Assembly: GCA_036274635.1 (NCBI GenBank)
Contig: DASUFI010000217.1
Location: 266 to 64,265 of the forward strand
DNA length: 64,000 bases
Origin: Planctomycetota bacterium
GTDB taxonomy: Bacteria; Planctomycetota; B15-G4
Direction of reading: 5' to 3'
Part shown: in pieces, positions 29,902-38,578 of the stretch
Layout: every line of letters begins with the position of its first letter
Numbering within the stretch: position 1 is the stretch's first letter
The notes under the pieces: generated by a model
Told to the model about the DNA's origin: nothing
Database searches by the model: none
The model's input: the letters and a program-made list of their open reading frames with translations, nothing else
Translations under genes and position numbers: made by a program

Positions 29902-32900
29902 ATGACGGCTGGCGGCGCCTTGTTCTGCAGGAGTCATGCGCCGGGCGCGCTGCGCCGGGCAGGCCTGGCCTCCCTGCTGCTCGCGGTCCTGGCGCCGCTG
30001 CTGGCGGCCATCGCGCCGCCGCAGGCACCGGTCGAGCAGCGCCTCGAGGAAGCGTGGAGGTGGCGCATCCTCGATGGGCCGGATGGCGCGGAGACGGTGT
30101 TCCGACTCGTGCGGCCCGGCACCGACGGCGGGCTGCTTGCGCTGGACGCCAAGGGTCTGCTGGCCTTCGACGGCTGGACGTGGAGGCGCGAGCCGGGCTG
30201 GGACGACCGGAAGGTCGTGGATGCAGAGGTGCGCGACATCGCGCCGCTCGACGGCGGCGTGCTGCTCCTCACGGGCAACGACGCGATGACCGTCGATGCG
30301 CACGGCACCGTGGGCAGCATCGGCCAGTATTCCACGGGGGCCTTCGTGTCGCCCATATGCCGCAACGCCGACGGCAGCGCGGACCTCGCGCTCAACGGTG
30401 AGATCGTTCGCGCGGAGCTGCAGCGCAAGGTGCCGCTCGCCTCGTCGCCGGAGGGCGCGGGCAACGCGTTGAGCATGACACGCGATGCGTCGGGCACCCT
30501 GTGGTGCGCGAGCGAGAAGGGCGTGTTCCGCCAGGTCGAGGACTCGTGGGTGCCGATGTCCGCCGGCATCCTCCGCCAGAATGTCCGCGTGTGGTATCCG
30601 CACGCCCTGAGCGCCGGCCGCTCGGTGCTGTTCCTGCCCGAGCGGATCGACGATATCACGCCGGGCCTCATCTGGGACGGAAGCGAGCTTGTGCAGCTGC
30701 GTCCGGACAAGGGCGCCATGGCGATCACCGACGCCGCAGCGACGCCCGATGGCGCGTTCATCATCGCGGCCAGCGACCGGTTGCTCGTGCGGCGCGACGG
30801 CCGCTGGCGCGAGGCGCACGTGCCCCTCGCCTCCCACGAGATCCTGGTCAAGATGTGCGTCACCGGGAGCGGGCAGCTGGCCACGGTGTTCGCCTCGGGG
30901 CGCATGGCCATCTGCGACCTCGCGTCGCGCGAGTGGGAGAGCTTCGACACGGAGGCCGCGGGCGTGAGCCCCAAGGTCAACGTCATCACGCCCTCGGCCG
31001 CCGGCGGCTACTGGATCGGTACCGACACAGGCATCGTGCACTTCGACGGCGAGACGTTCGGCGAACCCAAGCGCGACGCGAACGACTGGCCCCTGACCGA
31101 GGTCACCGGCCTGTGCGAGGACGCCGAGGGCGCGCTCTGGGTGAGCAGCGGCTCGGGCTTCAAGGGCGTGTGGCGGCTGCAGGACGGCCACTGGACCCGC
31201 TACAAGGGGTCGGACGATTTCGGCGACTACTTCTTCGTGCACTCGATCCGTCGCTGCGGCGACGAGATGTGGTTCACCGAAGTCGGCGACCAGCTCGACG
31301 CCGAGCGGGCCCAGTTTGGCGGACTGGTGCGCTGGAAAAACGGCAAGTTCACGCGCTTCATGGAGAACGAGGACGGCACGAGCATGCCGCGCGCCTACGA
31401 CGTCCTGCTCAGTCGCGATGGCTCACTGCTGTCGGGCCTGGCCGACTCCGTGCGCCGCTTCGACGGCGTGACCTGGCACCCCGACGGGGGCGCGCCGATG
31501 GGCCGGCTGCGCGCCTTCGCGCTCCACGAGTCGCGCGACGGCACGCTCTGGGTGGGCTTCGACCTCGACCACACGGGCATCGCAGTCCGGCGCGACGGCA
31601 AGTGGCTCCGGCTCATCGACGGCCCCTGGCAGCGCGCGGCCGCGGCCTCGTTCGCCGAGACGCCCGACGGCCGGCTGTGGTTCGCGTCGAAGAAGGGTTT
31701 CTTCCTGGTGCTCGATGACGAGTGCCGCGACGTCTCGAGCCGCCTGCCCGCGCGCAGCTTCTGGCCTGTCCTGGCCGACGGCGGGGACGGGCTGTGGCTG
31801 GGCACGCTCGGTCAGGGCCTCCTGCACTTCAGGCCCCACGACACCGAGCCGCCCAAGGTCCGCAAGCTGGACGCGTACTTCGGCGAGGAGGGCGAGGTCA
31901 TCGCGAAGTGGGACGCCGTGGACCGCTGGAACGCCACCCCCCCGGAGGAACTGAGCTTCCGCGTGCTGGTCGACGGGAATCCGGCGTCGTCGTCGGCTGT
32001 CCTCGACGGCCAGCAGATGACCTTCCCCGAGCTGCCCTCGGGCCCACACGATCTGAAGGTCACGGCCATCGACAGCCTGGGCAACATGTCGATGGAGCCT
32101 GCCGCGTACCGCGTCACCGTGCCCCCGCCGGGCTGGCGCAGCCTGCCCGTGCTGCTGGCCGCGGGCGCCATCGTCGCCGTGCTGCTGTGGCTGCTGGTGG
32201 TCATCCGCAACCGGCGCAGCGAGCGCACGGTGGCGGCGGCGGCGCAGCGCGAGATGAACGAGCGCCTCTCCTCGCTCACGCTGCGACTGCTGTCCACCCA
32301 GGAGGACGAGCGCCGCAGCATCTCGCGCGAGATGCACGACGACCTGGGGCAGCTGCTCACCGCCGCGTGCCTCGACATCGAGCGCGCGACGCGGCTCACG
32401 GACGCCGAGCGCCGGCGCGAGGCGCTGGGCTCCGCCCTGCGGGCCGCGCGCGACACGCAGCAGCGCGTGCGCGAGATCTCGCACATGCTGCGCCCCACCG
32501 AGCTGGACGACCACGGCCTGCCCCAGGCCGTGGCCACGATCCTGCTCGACTTCACCACGCGCTCGGGCATCGACGTGGAGTCGAACATCCAGGTGGAGGC
32601 GCGCGGCCTGCCTTCGGACGTGGCCAATCACGTCTTCCGCATCCTGCAGGAGGCGCTCACGAACATCCTGCGCCACGCGCGCGCGGCCACCGCCTTTGTC
32701 ACGCTGCAGGCGACACATGCGGGCATCGAGCTCAAGGTGAGCGATGATGGCGTCGGCTTCGACGAGCATACGATCCCGCCTACGCGCCGGTACGGGCTCC
32801 TGGGCATGCGTGAGCGCGCCGAGCTCCTCGGAGGAAAATTCTCCATCCGCTCGAAGCCCGAGGGCGGAACCGAGGTTTCTGTTTCAATACCGATCCCTCA

Positions 32901-32907
32901 CCGGTGA
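29902..32907 (+). CDS. Sensor histidine kinase with periplasmic two-component-regulator beta-propeller (Reg_prop) repeats and Y_Y_Y domain, TM helix, HisKA_3 and HATPase_c
   Basis: It has a signal/TM N-terminus, repeated W...G..W propeller-like segments, a transmembrane helix (VLLAAGAIVAVLLWLLVVI), the H-box ISREMHDDLGQLL and ATPase N/G boxes (LQEALTNILRHA, DDGVGF, GLLGMRERAELLGG). Confidence 0.85.
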   Translation: MTAGGALFCRSHAPGALRRAGLASLLLAVLAPLLAAIAPPQAPVEQRLEEAWRWRILDGPDGAETVFRLVRPGTDGGLLALDAKGLLAFDGWTWRREPGWDDRKVVDAEVRDIAPLDGGVLLLTGNDAMTVDAHGTVGSIGQYSTGAFVSPICRNADGSADLALNGEIVRAELQRKVPLASSPEGAGNALSMTRDASGTLWCASEKGVFRQVEDSWVPMSAGILRQNVRVWYPHALSAGRSVLFLPERIDDITPGLIWDGSELVQLRPDKGAMAITDAAATPDGAFIIAASDRLLVRRDGRWREAHVPLASHEILVKMCVTGSGQLATVFASGRMAICDLASREWESFDTEAAGVSPKVNVITPSAAGGYWIGTDTGIVHFDGETFGEPKRDANDWPLTEVTGLCEDAEGALWVSSGSGFKGVWRLQDGHWTRYKGSDDFGDYFFVHSIRRCGDEMWFTEVGDQLDAERAQFGGLVRWKNGKFTRFMENEDGTSMPRAYDVLLSRDGSLLSGLADSVRRFDGVTWHPDGGAPMGRLRAFALHESRDGTLWVGFDLDHTGIAVRRDGKWLRLIDGPWQRAAAASFAETPDGRLWFASKKGFFLVLDDECRDVSSRLPARSFWPVLADGGDGLWLGTLGQGLLHFRPHDTEPPKVRKLDAYFGEEGEVIAKWDAVDRWNATPPEELSFRVLVDGNPASSSAVLDGQQMTFPELPSGPHDLKVTAIDSLGNMSMEPAAYRVTVPPPGWRSLPVLLAAGAIVAVLLWLLVVIRNRRSERTVAAAAQREMNERLSSLTLRLLSTQEDERRSISREMHDDLGQLLTAACLDIERATRLTDAERRREALGSALRAARDTQQRVREISHMLRPTELDDHGLPQAVATILLDFTTRSGIDVESNIQVEARGLPSDVANHVFRILQEALTNILRHARAATAFVTLQATHAGIELKVSDDGVGFDEHTIPPTRRYGLLGMRERAELLGGKFSIRSKPEGGTEVSVSIPIPHR

Positions 32908-32947
32908 AAGGCGACGCGCGGCCCCACCGCCACGCGGCGAAGAGATC

Positions 32948-33589
32948 ATGGACGACATCAAGGTGATCCTGGCGGACGACCACGTGATGGTGCGGCAGGG
33001 CCTCGGCCAGGCGCTCGAAGAGCACAACGGCATCAAGGTCGTCGGCGAGGCGAGCAATGGCGAGGAAGCCATCCGCCGCATGACCGACACGCAGGCCGAC
33101 CTCCTCATCTGCGACTACACCATGCCGGACGGCGACGGCCCCAACGTCACCGCGCGGCTCCTGAAGGAGCATCCGGGCGCGCGCGTGGTGATCCTCACCA
33201 TGCACGACAACATCCACTACGTGCAGAAGGCGCTCGACGCCGGCGCGCAGGGCTTCGTGGTCAAGTCCGACGGACTCGGCGAGCTCATCACCGCCGTGCA
33301 CGCCGTCGCGGAAGGCCGGCAGTACGTGACGCCGCGCCTGGCCGAGAAGCTGGCCCAGCACGTGCGCGGCCCCAAGGGCCGGCACGTCGGCCTCGACAAG
33401 CTCTCGCAGCGCGAGTTCGAGCTGCTGCGCTTCATGGGCCGCGGCATGAGCCTGCAGGAGTGCGCGCAGGTCATGAAGATCAGCGAGAGCACGGCGTCCA
33501 CGTACCGCGCGCGGTTGATGACGAAGCTGGAGCTGACGAGCACCGCGCAGATCATCCGCTACGCGCTGGAGAACGGCGTCACGGCGTAG
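32948..33589 (+). CDS. NarL/FixJ-family response regulator (REC + LuxR-type HTH)
   Basis: The REC domain has the DD and phospho-acceptor Asp context and a conserved Lys. The C-terminal LuxR HTH is LSQREFELLRFMGRGMSLQECAQVMKISESTASTYR. Confidence 0.9.
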   Translation: MDDIKVILADDHVMVRQGLGQALEEHNGIKVVGEASNGEEAIRRMTDTQADLLICDYTMPDGDGPNVTARLLKEHPGARVVILTMHDNIHYVQKALDAGAQGFVVKSDGLGELITAVHAVAEGRQYVTPRLAEKLAQHVRGPKGRHVGLDKLSQREFELLRFMGRGMSLQECAQVMKISESTASTYRARLMTKLELTSTAQIIRYALENGVTA

Positions 33590-33614
33590 GGCTGCGCCTG
33601 GAGCGTGGCCGGCA

Positions 33615-33677
33615 CCCGGCACGTTAAAAAAAAATGCTCGGAGCAGTTGCTCCGGGCATTTTTTTTAACGTGCCGGG
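33615..33677. terminator. Bidirectional rho-independent terminator
   Basis: It is a near-perfect ~30-bp hairpin (CCCGGCACG ... TGCTCGGAGCA gt TGCTCCGGGCA ... CGTGCCGGG) with an A9 run on the left and a T8 run on the right. It lies exactly between the convergent response-regulator stop (33589) and aminotransferase stop (33722). The homopolymer runs are highly atypical for this GC content. Confidence 0.7.
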
Positions 33678-33721
33678 AAGCACCGCAGCGCTCCCGTGCC
33701 GCCCACGCGCCCCGCCGCGCC

Positions 33722-34996
33722 TCAGCGCGCCGACTTCACCATCTCCTTCAGCCGCTCCAGCCCCATCCGCAGGTTGTCTTCCGGTGGACCGAAGCTGAAC
33801 CTCATCCACTGCCTGTACGGGCTGGGCGCCTGGCGGCGCTTGCCGGGGTTCACGTCGAAGAACTCGCCGGGGACGGTCATGACCTTGCGCTCGATGGCGC
33901 GGCGGAAGAAGGCCATCGAGTCGTTGAGCGGCTCGGGCAGGGCGGAGAGCTTGCCCCAGGCGTAGAAGGTGCTCTCGGGCTCGCGGGCGAAGGTGACGCC
34001 CAGCTCGCGCAGCGCGCTCACCATGATGTTGCGCTTCTTCGCGAAGACGCGGCGCAGGGCGGTGGTCTCCTGGTCGGCGGCGGCGGGCTGCAGCGCCTGC
34101 AGCGCGGCGCGCTGGGCGATGCGCGAAGGGCCGCCGTCCATCGACGAGGCGACGCGCGCCACCGTCTCGACCAGCGCGGACGGCCCGGCGATCCAGCCAA
34201 CGCGCCAGCCCGGGTAGCGGAAGCACTTGGTGAGACCGTCGAAGACCAGCACCGGGTCGCGCTCCACGTCCTGCACGAAGGCGCAGGCGGAGACGGGCCC
34301 ATCGCCCGGTCCCCACGCGCCGTCGCGGCCGGGCTTGTAGATGAAGTGGCTGTAGAACTCGTCCATGAGCAGCAACACGCGGCGCTCGCGGGCGATGCGC
34401 ACCATGGCTTCCAGCTCCGCGCCCTGCAGCACGCGGCCGGTGGGGTTGCAGGGGTTGCTGAGCAGCAGCGCGGTGAGGCCCTGCTCCTCGACCGCCTGCT
34501 CGAACTGCGCCGGCGTGATGGCGAAGCCGTTGGACTCGGGCGCCCGCAGCGGGATGGGCGTGACGCGCGCGAGGTGCAGGTCGAGCATGTCCTCGTAGGC
34601 GGTGTAGTCGGGCAGCTGGTAGCCGACGTTCACGGCTCCCAGCGCGGCGAGGGCGCGCGAGAGGGCCAGCCGCCCGCCCTGCGCGACGGCGACGTTGCGG
34701 CGGGCGTACTGGCTCGCGAGGCCGCGGCGGTGCAGGCGATTGGTGTGCGCCGCCACCGCGTCGCGCATCTCGTCGAGGCCGCCGAGGGGGCCGTAGGCAT
34801 GGTCCGCGGGCTGCAGCGCGACGGACTCGATGCGCGGCGGCGCGCCCTCCATCGGCCCCACCTCGGGCTGGCCCTGCCCCAGGTTGCACCAGTCGGGATG
34901 GCCATTGACGAAGCCCAGCTTGCTGGCTTCGTGCACGACCCAGATGACGCCCATGTACGGGACGTCGCGCAGGAAGGACGGCTCGACATCGCTCAT
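33722..34996 (-). CDS. Pyridoxal-phosphate-dependent aminotransferase, class I/II
   Basis: The start ATG is at 34996 (MSDVEPSF...). It has fold-type I aminotransferase motifs (LSNPCNPTG, lysine region FDGLTKCFRYPGWRVGW). Confidence 0.8.
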   Translation of the reverse strand: MSDVEPSFLRDVPYMGVIWVVHEASKLGFVNGHPDWCNLGQGQPEVGPMEGAPPRIESVALQPADHAYGPLGGLDEMRDAVAAHTNRLHRRGLASQYARRNVAVAQGGRLALSRALAALGAVNVGYQLPDYTAYEDMLDLHLARVTPIPLRAPESNGFAITPAQFEQAVEEQGLTALLLSNPCNPTGRVLQGAELEAMVRIARERRVLLLMDEFYSHFIYKPGRDGAWGPGDGPVSACAFVQDVERDPVLVFDGLTKCFRYPGWRVGWIAGPSALVETVARVASSMDGGPSRIAQRAALQALQPAAADQETTALRRVFAKKRNIMVSALRELGVTFAREPESTFYAWGKLSALPEPLNDSMAFFRRAIERKVMTVPGEFFDVNPGKRRQAPSPYRQWMRFSFGPPEDNLRMGLERLKEMVKSAR

Positions 34997-35064
34997 GGGT
35001 CGCGGAGAGTAGCGAGTCACTCGCGCCGGCGGTAGGCTGCGCCCGTCCCGCGAGGAGCGCCGCC

Positions 35065-35235
35065 ATGCCACAGCCGCCCGAGAAGGATCAGGCCTCGACC
35101 TTCCAGCCCAGCCCCCTGTCCATCGCTGCGCCCGCCCGCCGTCCGGCGCCGAAGCCGGCGGACGCTCCCGACCTGCGCGTCGAGGAGATCGAGGAGCGCC
35201 ACATCCCGAAGGACCGGAACATCTTCGACAAGTGA
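35065..35235 (+). CDS. Candidate small ORF (56 aa, Pro/Ala-rich, charged C-terminus)
   Basis: An ATG at 35065 is preceded by GAGGAG 7 nt upstream, with a stop at 35233-35235 (MPQPPEKDQASTFQPSPLSIAAPARRPAPKPADAPDLRVEEIEERHIPKDRNIFDK). It is not in the ORF track, presumably because it is below the size cut-off. It has no family signature. Confidence 0.3.
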   Translation: MPQPPEKDQASTFQPSPLSIAAPARRPAPKPADAPDLRVEEIEERHIPKDRNIFDK

Positions 35236-35252
35236 GGCGGGACCCGGCGCTG

Positions 35253-36743
35253 CTAGAACAGCACGCACTCCAGCGCCAGTACGCCCGGCACCAGCGCCGG
35301 CTGGCCGAGCTGGAGGGTCAGGCCGCTGCCCGGGCCGTACTGCACCCCGAAGTCGGTGGCACCGAAGGTCACCTGCAGGCCGTTGCTGGTCTTGATCGGG
35401 TCCAGCGGGAACACGCCGGGCTTCTTCATCAGGCACTGGAAGTACAGCGTGAGCCCGGAGAGGCCGGGGACGTCCGGGAGGTTGAACACCGGCATCACGC
35501 CCAGCGGCAGCACCGACGTGAGGATCTGCGCGTCGACCCACAGCAGGTCCGACAGATCGCCGCCGGGCAGCACGACGGGGGGATCGAGGCGGCGCATGCC
35601 CACGATGAGCAGGCCGAGCTCGTTGAAGCACGCGGGCTGGATGATGCCGATGGGCTTGCTGGACAACGGCGTGCCGTTGAGCTGGATGTCGGCCGAGCCG
35701 AAGGCGCCGTACTTGTCGCCGCACGGCAGCCCCTTGAGCCGGATGGTGAAGGGCACGCACACCTGCTGCGTCGGATCGTGCGGCAGCGCCAGGTCGTCGT
35801 AGGACGCCGGCGCGATGCCCTCCAGGTAGGGCGCGAGGGAGGGCGACACGGTGCAGGTCACGTCCGCCGCGATGAGCACGCTCGCCAGCGTCTGCAGGAT
35901 GGTGAAGGTGATCTGCGCGGGATCGGTGATGGTGGTCGAGATGCCCGTCGTCGCCTGCGCGATGCGGTCCGCCTGCCCCGGCAGGCCGGCGGGCGTGCAC
36001 CAGTCGATGCCCGGCGGGTTGAAGTAGTCGTACACCGACTTGAGCGGGTCGTCGTTGAGCGACAGCGGGTAGACCGAGGCCGACGAGGTCGTGCCGATGG
36101 CGATGACCGTGATGCCGCCGTTCGTGCCGCTGTTCATCAGCGCGTCCGTTGCCACCTGCTCGGTGATGTCGAAGGTGGGCACGCCGCCGCCGACGAAGAT
36201 GGCGCAGATGGGATCGTGGCCCGGCGAGTCGCCGAACCACACGATGATGCGCTTGGCGTCGGGCCGGAAGCCGATGGTCGGGTCCGTCGCGATCTGGTAG
36301 AGCGCGTAGAGCTGCGCCTCGCTGCCGTCGCCGCCCCCACCGGCCGTCCAGGCGTCGATGGCCGAGACGATCGCACCCGCGTCCGTCGTGGGCGAGAGCT
36401 GGTTGTCGAAGGGCTTGGCGTTGAAGGGGAAGTCGCGGTACTGGCCCACGCCGAGATGCAGGTCCACCAGCGGCGTGTTCACGAGCGCGTCGACCAGCAC
36501 GACGGCGTCCTGCTTCACCGCGTCGAGCACGGGCGTCATGCTCGTGGTCGTGTCCGCCAGCAGGTAGATGTCGGCCTTGGCCACCTGGCCGGGCAGGCAG
36601 ACGTTGGCCTTGATCAGCTGCACCTCGCCCGGCTCGAGCGAGTAGTTGGTCTGGATCGGCGACCAGGTGACGGTCTGGGCCGAGGCGGCGGCGGAGAGGA
36701 AGAGCGCGACGGCGAGTCGGGCCGGACGGAAGGTGACAATCAT
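35253..36743 (-). CDS. Secreted von Willebrand factor type A (vWA) domain protein
   Basis: It has a signal peptide (MIVTFRPARLAVALFLSAAASAQT) and a MIDAS-like DTTTSM within KADIYLLADTTTSMTPVLDAVKQDAVVLVDAL. Confidence 0.7.
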   Translation of the reverse strand: MIVTFRPARLAVALFLSAAASAQTVTWSPIQTNYSLEPGEVQLIKANVCLPGQVAKADIYLLADTTTSMTPVLDAVKQDAVVLVDALVNTPLVDLHLGVGQYRDFPFNAKPFDNQLSPTTDAGAIVSAIDAWTAGGGGDGSEAQLYALYQIATDPTIGFRPDAKRIIVWFGDSPGHDPICAIFVGGGVPTFDITEQVATDALMNSGTNGGITVIAIGTTSSASVYPLSLNDDPLKSVYDYFNPPGIDWCTPAGLPGQADRIAQATTGISTTITDPAQITFTILQTLASVLIAADVTCTVSPSLAPYLEGIAPASYDDLALPHDPTQQVCVPFTIRLKGLPCGDKYGAFGSADIQLNGTPLSSKPIGIIQPACFNELGLLIVGMRRLDPPVVLPGGDLSDLLWVDAQILTSVLPLGVMPVFNLPDVPGLSGLTLYFQCLMKKPGVFPLDPIKTSNGLQVTFGATDFGVQYGPGSGLTLQLGQPALVPGVLALECVLF

Positions 36744-36892
36744 GGTGATCCCCCTGCGGGCGAGGGGCCGGGGGAGGGAGTGTGCCGGACGTGCCGGCCC
36801 CTGCGCGCGCCGGCGAGTCTAGGGGCACTGTCCGGAGTCGTCAATGCGACCTCGGGCGGCGCCACCAGCCTGTTTCTTACCATCGCGACACG

Positions 36893-37735
36893 ATGTCGCT
36901 GGCCGAGGTCTCGCTTCTGTTCCTGCTGCAGACGGCCTTGGGCTCGCTGCTGACCTTCGCGATCAGCGACCGGCCCGCACTCGGGCCGAAGTACTTCAAG
37001 TTCGGGGGCTGGGTGCTGCTCGGGCTCTACGGCCTGGCGGGCACGCTGGTCTGGGGGCCGGCGCTGGCGCCGGGCGCCAGTGGCGCGTCGCGCGCACTGG
37101 GCCTCTCCGTCGGCGTTGCCGCGTCGAGCCTGCTGATGTTCGCGTCGGTGAGCGGCTGGAAGCGGCCTTGGCTCGAGGGCGTCCTGCTGTGGCTGGGAAT
37201 CGCGGCCAGCGCGGCGGCGCTGTCGCTGGCGGTGGCCTTCACCGGCCCCGGCGCCGGCGCGCGCGCCGGGCTCGCGCTCACGCTGCCGCTCGTCGCGGCG
37301 CTGGCCGGCGCGCTGGTGCTGGGCTTCACCACCTGGAGCATGATCCTCGGCCACTGGTACCTCGTGTCGCACGGCCTCTCCATCCAGCACCTCGCGCGGC
37401 TCGTGCGCCCGCTGCCGTGGCTGCTGCTCCTCAAGGCCGCGGTCTCGGGCTTCGCGCTGTGGCTGCTGTGGCCCGCCTTCCTCGGCGCCGGCAACGCCAG
37501 CCAGTCCGAGCTGCTGGCCCATCAGCCCGAGCGCGTGCTCGACGTCGTCAACGTCTGGGCGCGCATCCCGGTGGGCCTGCTCGTGCCGGCCGTGCTGGCG
37601 TGGATGACCCTGGTCACCGTGCGCATGGAGAAGACCCAGCCCGCCACCGGCATCCTCTACGCGATGTGCGTGCTGGTCTACCTGGGCGAGCTCATGGGCC
37701 GCATGGTCGAGGGCGCCACGGGCCTGCCGCTGTGA
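36893..37735 (+). CDS. Polytopic integral membrane protein
   Basis: The start ATG is at 36893 (MSLAEVSLLFLLQTALGSLLTFAI). It has seven or eight hydrophobic helices. Confidence 0.6.
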   Translation: MSLAEVSLLFLLQTALGSLLTFAISDRPALGPKYFKFGGWVLLGLYGLAGTLVWGPALAPGASGASRALGLSVGVAASSLLMFASVSGWKRPWLEGVLLWLGIAASAAALSLAVAFTGPGAGARAGLALTLPLVAALAGALVLGFTTWSMILGHWYLVSHGLSIQHLARLVRPLPWLLLLKAAVSGFALWLLWPAFLGAGNASQSELLAHQPERVLDVVNVWARIPVGLLVPAVLAWMTLVTVRMEKTQPATGILYAMCVLVYLGELMGRMVEGATGLPL

Positions 37736-37788
37736 GCAGCGGCGAGCGCACGGACATCCCCGCCCGCGACCATGCCCAGCACTCGGCG

Positions 37789-38253
37789 GTGGTGCCCTGC
37801 GCGTGCGGGCGCTGGCAGCCGCTGGACTTCGCCCCGGAGGCCGCGCGCGGCCCGGCCGGCCCGCAGCTGGCCGCCCACCTGCCTCGCGAGGCGCGCTGCG
37901 GCGCCTGCGGCGCGGCGCTGCCGCTCGACTTCCCCGCGCACGTCGGCGCCGACGGCAGCCTCGACGGCTGCCCGGCCTGCGGCTACCACACGCTGGCCAT
38001 CCAGAAGGACGTCAACAGCAAGCTGGGCGTGATCGTGGTCGTCGTGCTCTTCGGCGCGCTGCTGCTGCTGCGCGTGCCGCTGCCGTGGATGTTCGCGGTG
38101 CTCGTGCCGCTGGCGCTGCTGGACTGGTGGCTGCTGCGCCGCATCGTGAAGCGCTTCCTCCTCTGCTACCGCTGCAAGGCGCAGTTCCGGGGCTTCAAGC
38201 CGGGGGCGCGCTGCAGGCCGTTCGACCTGGCGACGTGGGAGGCGCACACGTGA
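37789..38253 (+). CDS. Zinc-ribbon-like membrane-anchored small protein
   Basis: It has three Cys pairs (CACG, CGAC, CPAC) followed by two transmembrane helices and a basic tail (CYRCK). The proposed GTG start at 37789 is uncertain. Confidence 0.45.
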   Translation: MVPCACGRWQPLDFAPEAARGPAGPQLAAHLPREARCGACGAALPLDFPAHVGADGSLDGCPACGYHTLAIQKDVNSKLGVIVVVVLFGALLLLRVPLPWMFAVLVPLALLDWWLLRRIVKRFLLCYRCKAQFRGFKPGARCRPFDLATWEAHT

Positions 38254-38392
38254 TGGCCAGGCGGCCGCGCGACGGCCATGCGATCGTCGGCTGGCCACCA
38301 GCGTGTTCGTGCGCGTCGCTGCGGATCGCGGCGGTCGATCTCGAGCGCGGGCGCGAGCGGCGCCACGCTGCGTCCGAGGCCCGTACCGTCAG

Positions 38393-38438
38393 ATTGAAGA
38401 AATCAGTCGGAGTCGTGACTCCGACCAATTTCTTCAAT
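38393..38438. promoter_or_regulatory. AT-rich nested palindrome upstream of glgX
   Basis: ATTGAAGAAAT ca GTCGGAGTC gt GACTCCGAC ca ATTTCTTCAAT has outer 11-bp and inner 9-bp perfect inverted arms. It lies ~140 nt upstream of the glgX ATG and is strikingly AT-rich for this genome. Confidence 0.3.
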
Positions 38439-38578
38439 GTGACCAGGATCGCGCGTGACACGTTGCGGCGCGCGATCCGCGCCGCGCTGAATCACTTGCC
38501 GCGGTGGCTGCAGCGAAGGCAGGCGCCTTCCCGACGACCTCCACGAACGGGATCGCGCCCCACACGGCTCCTCGACGC

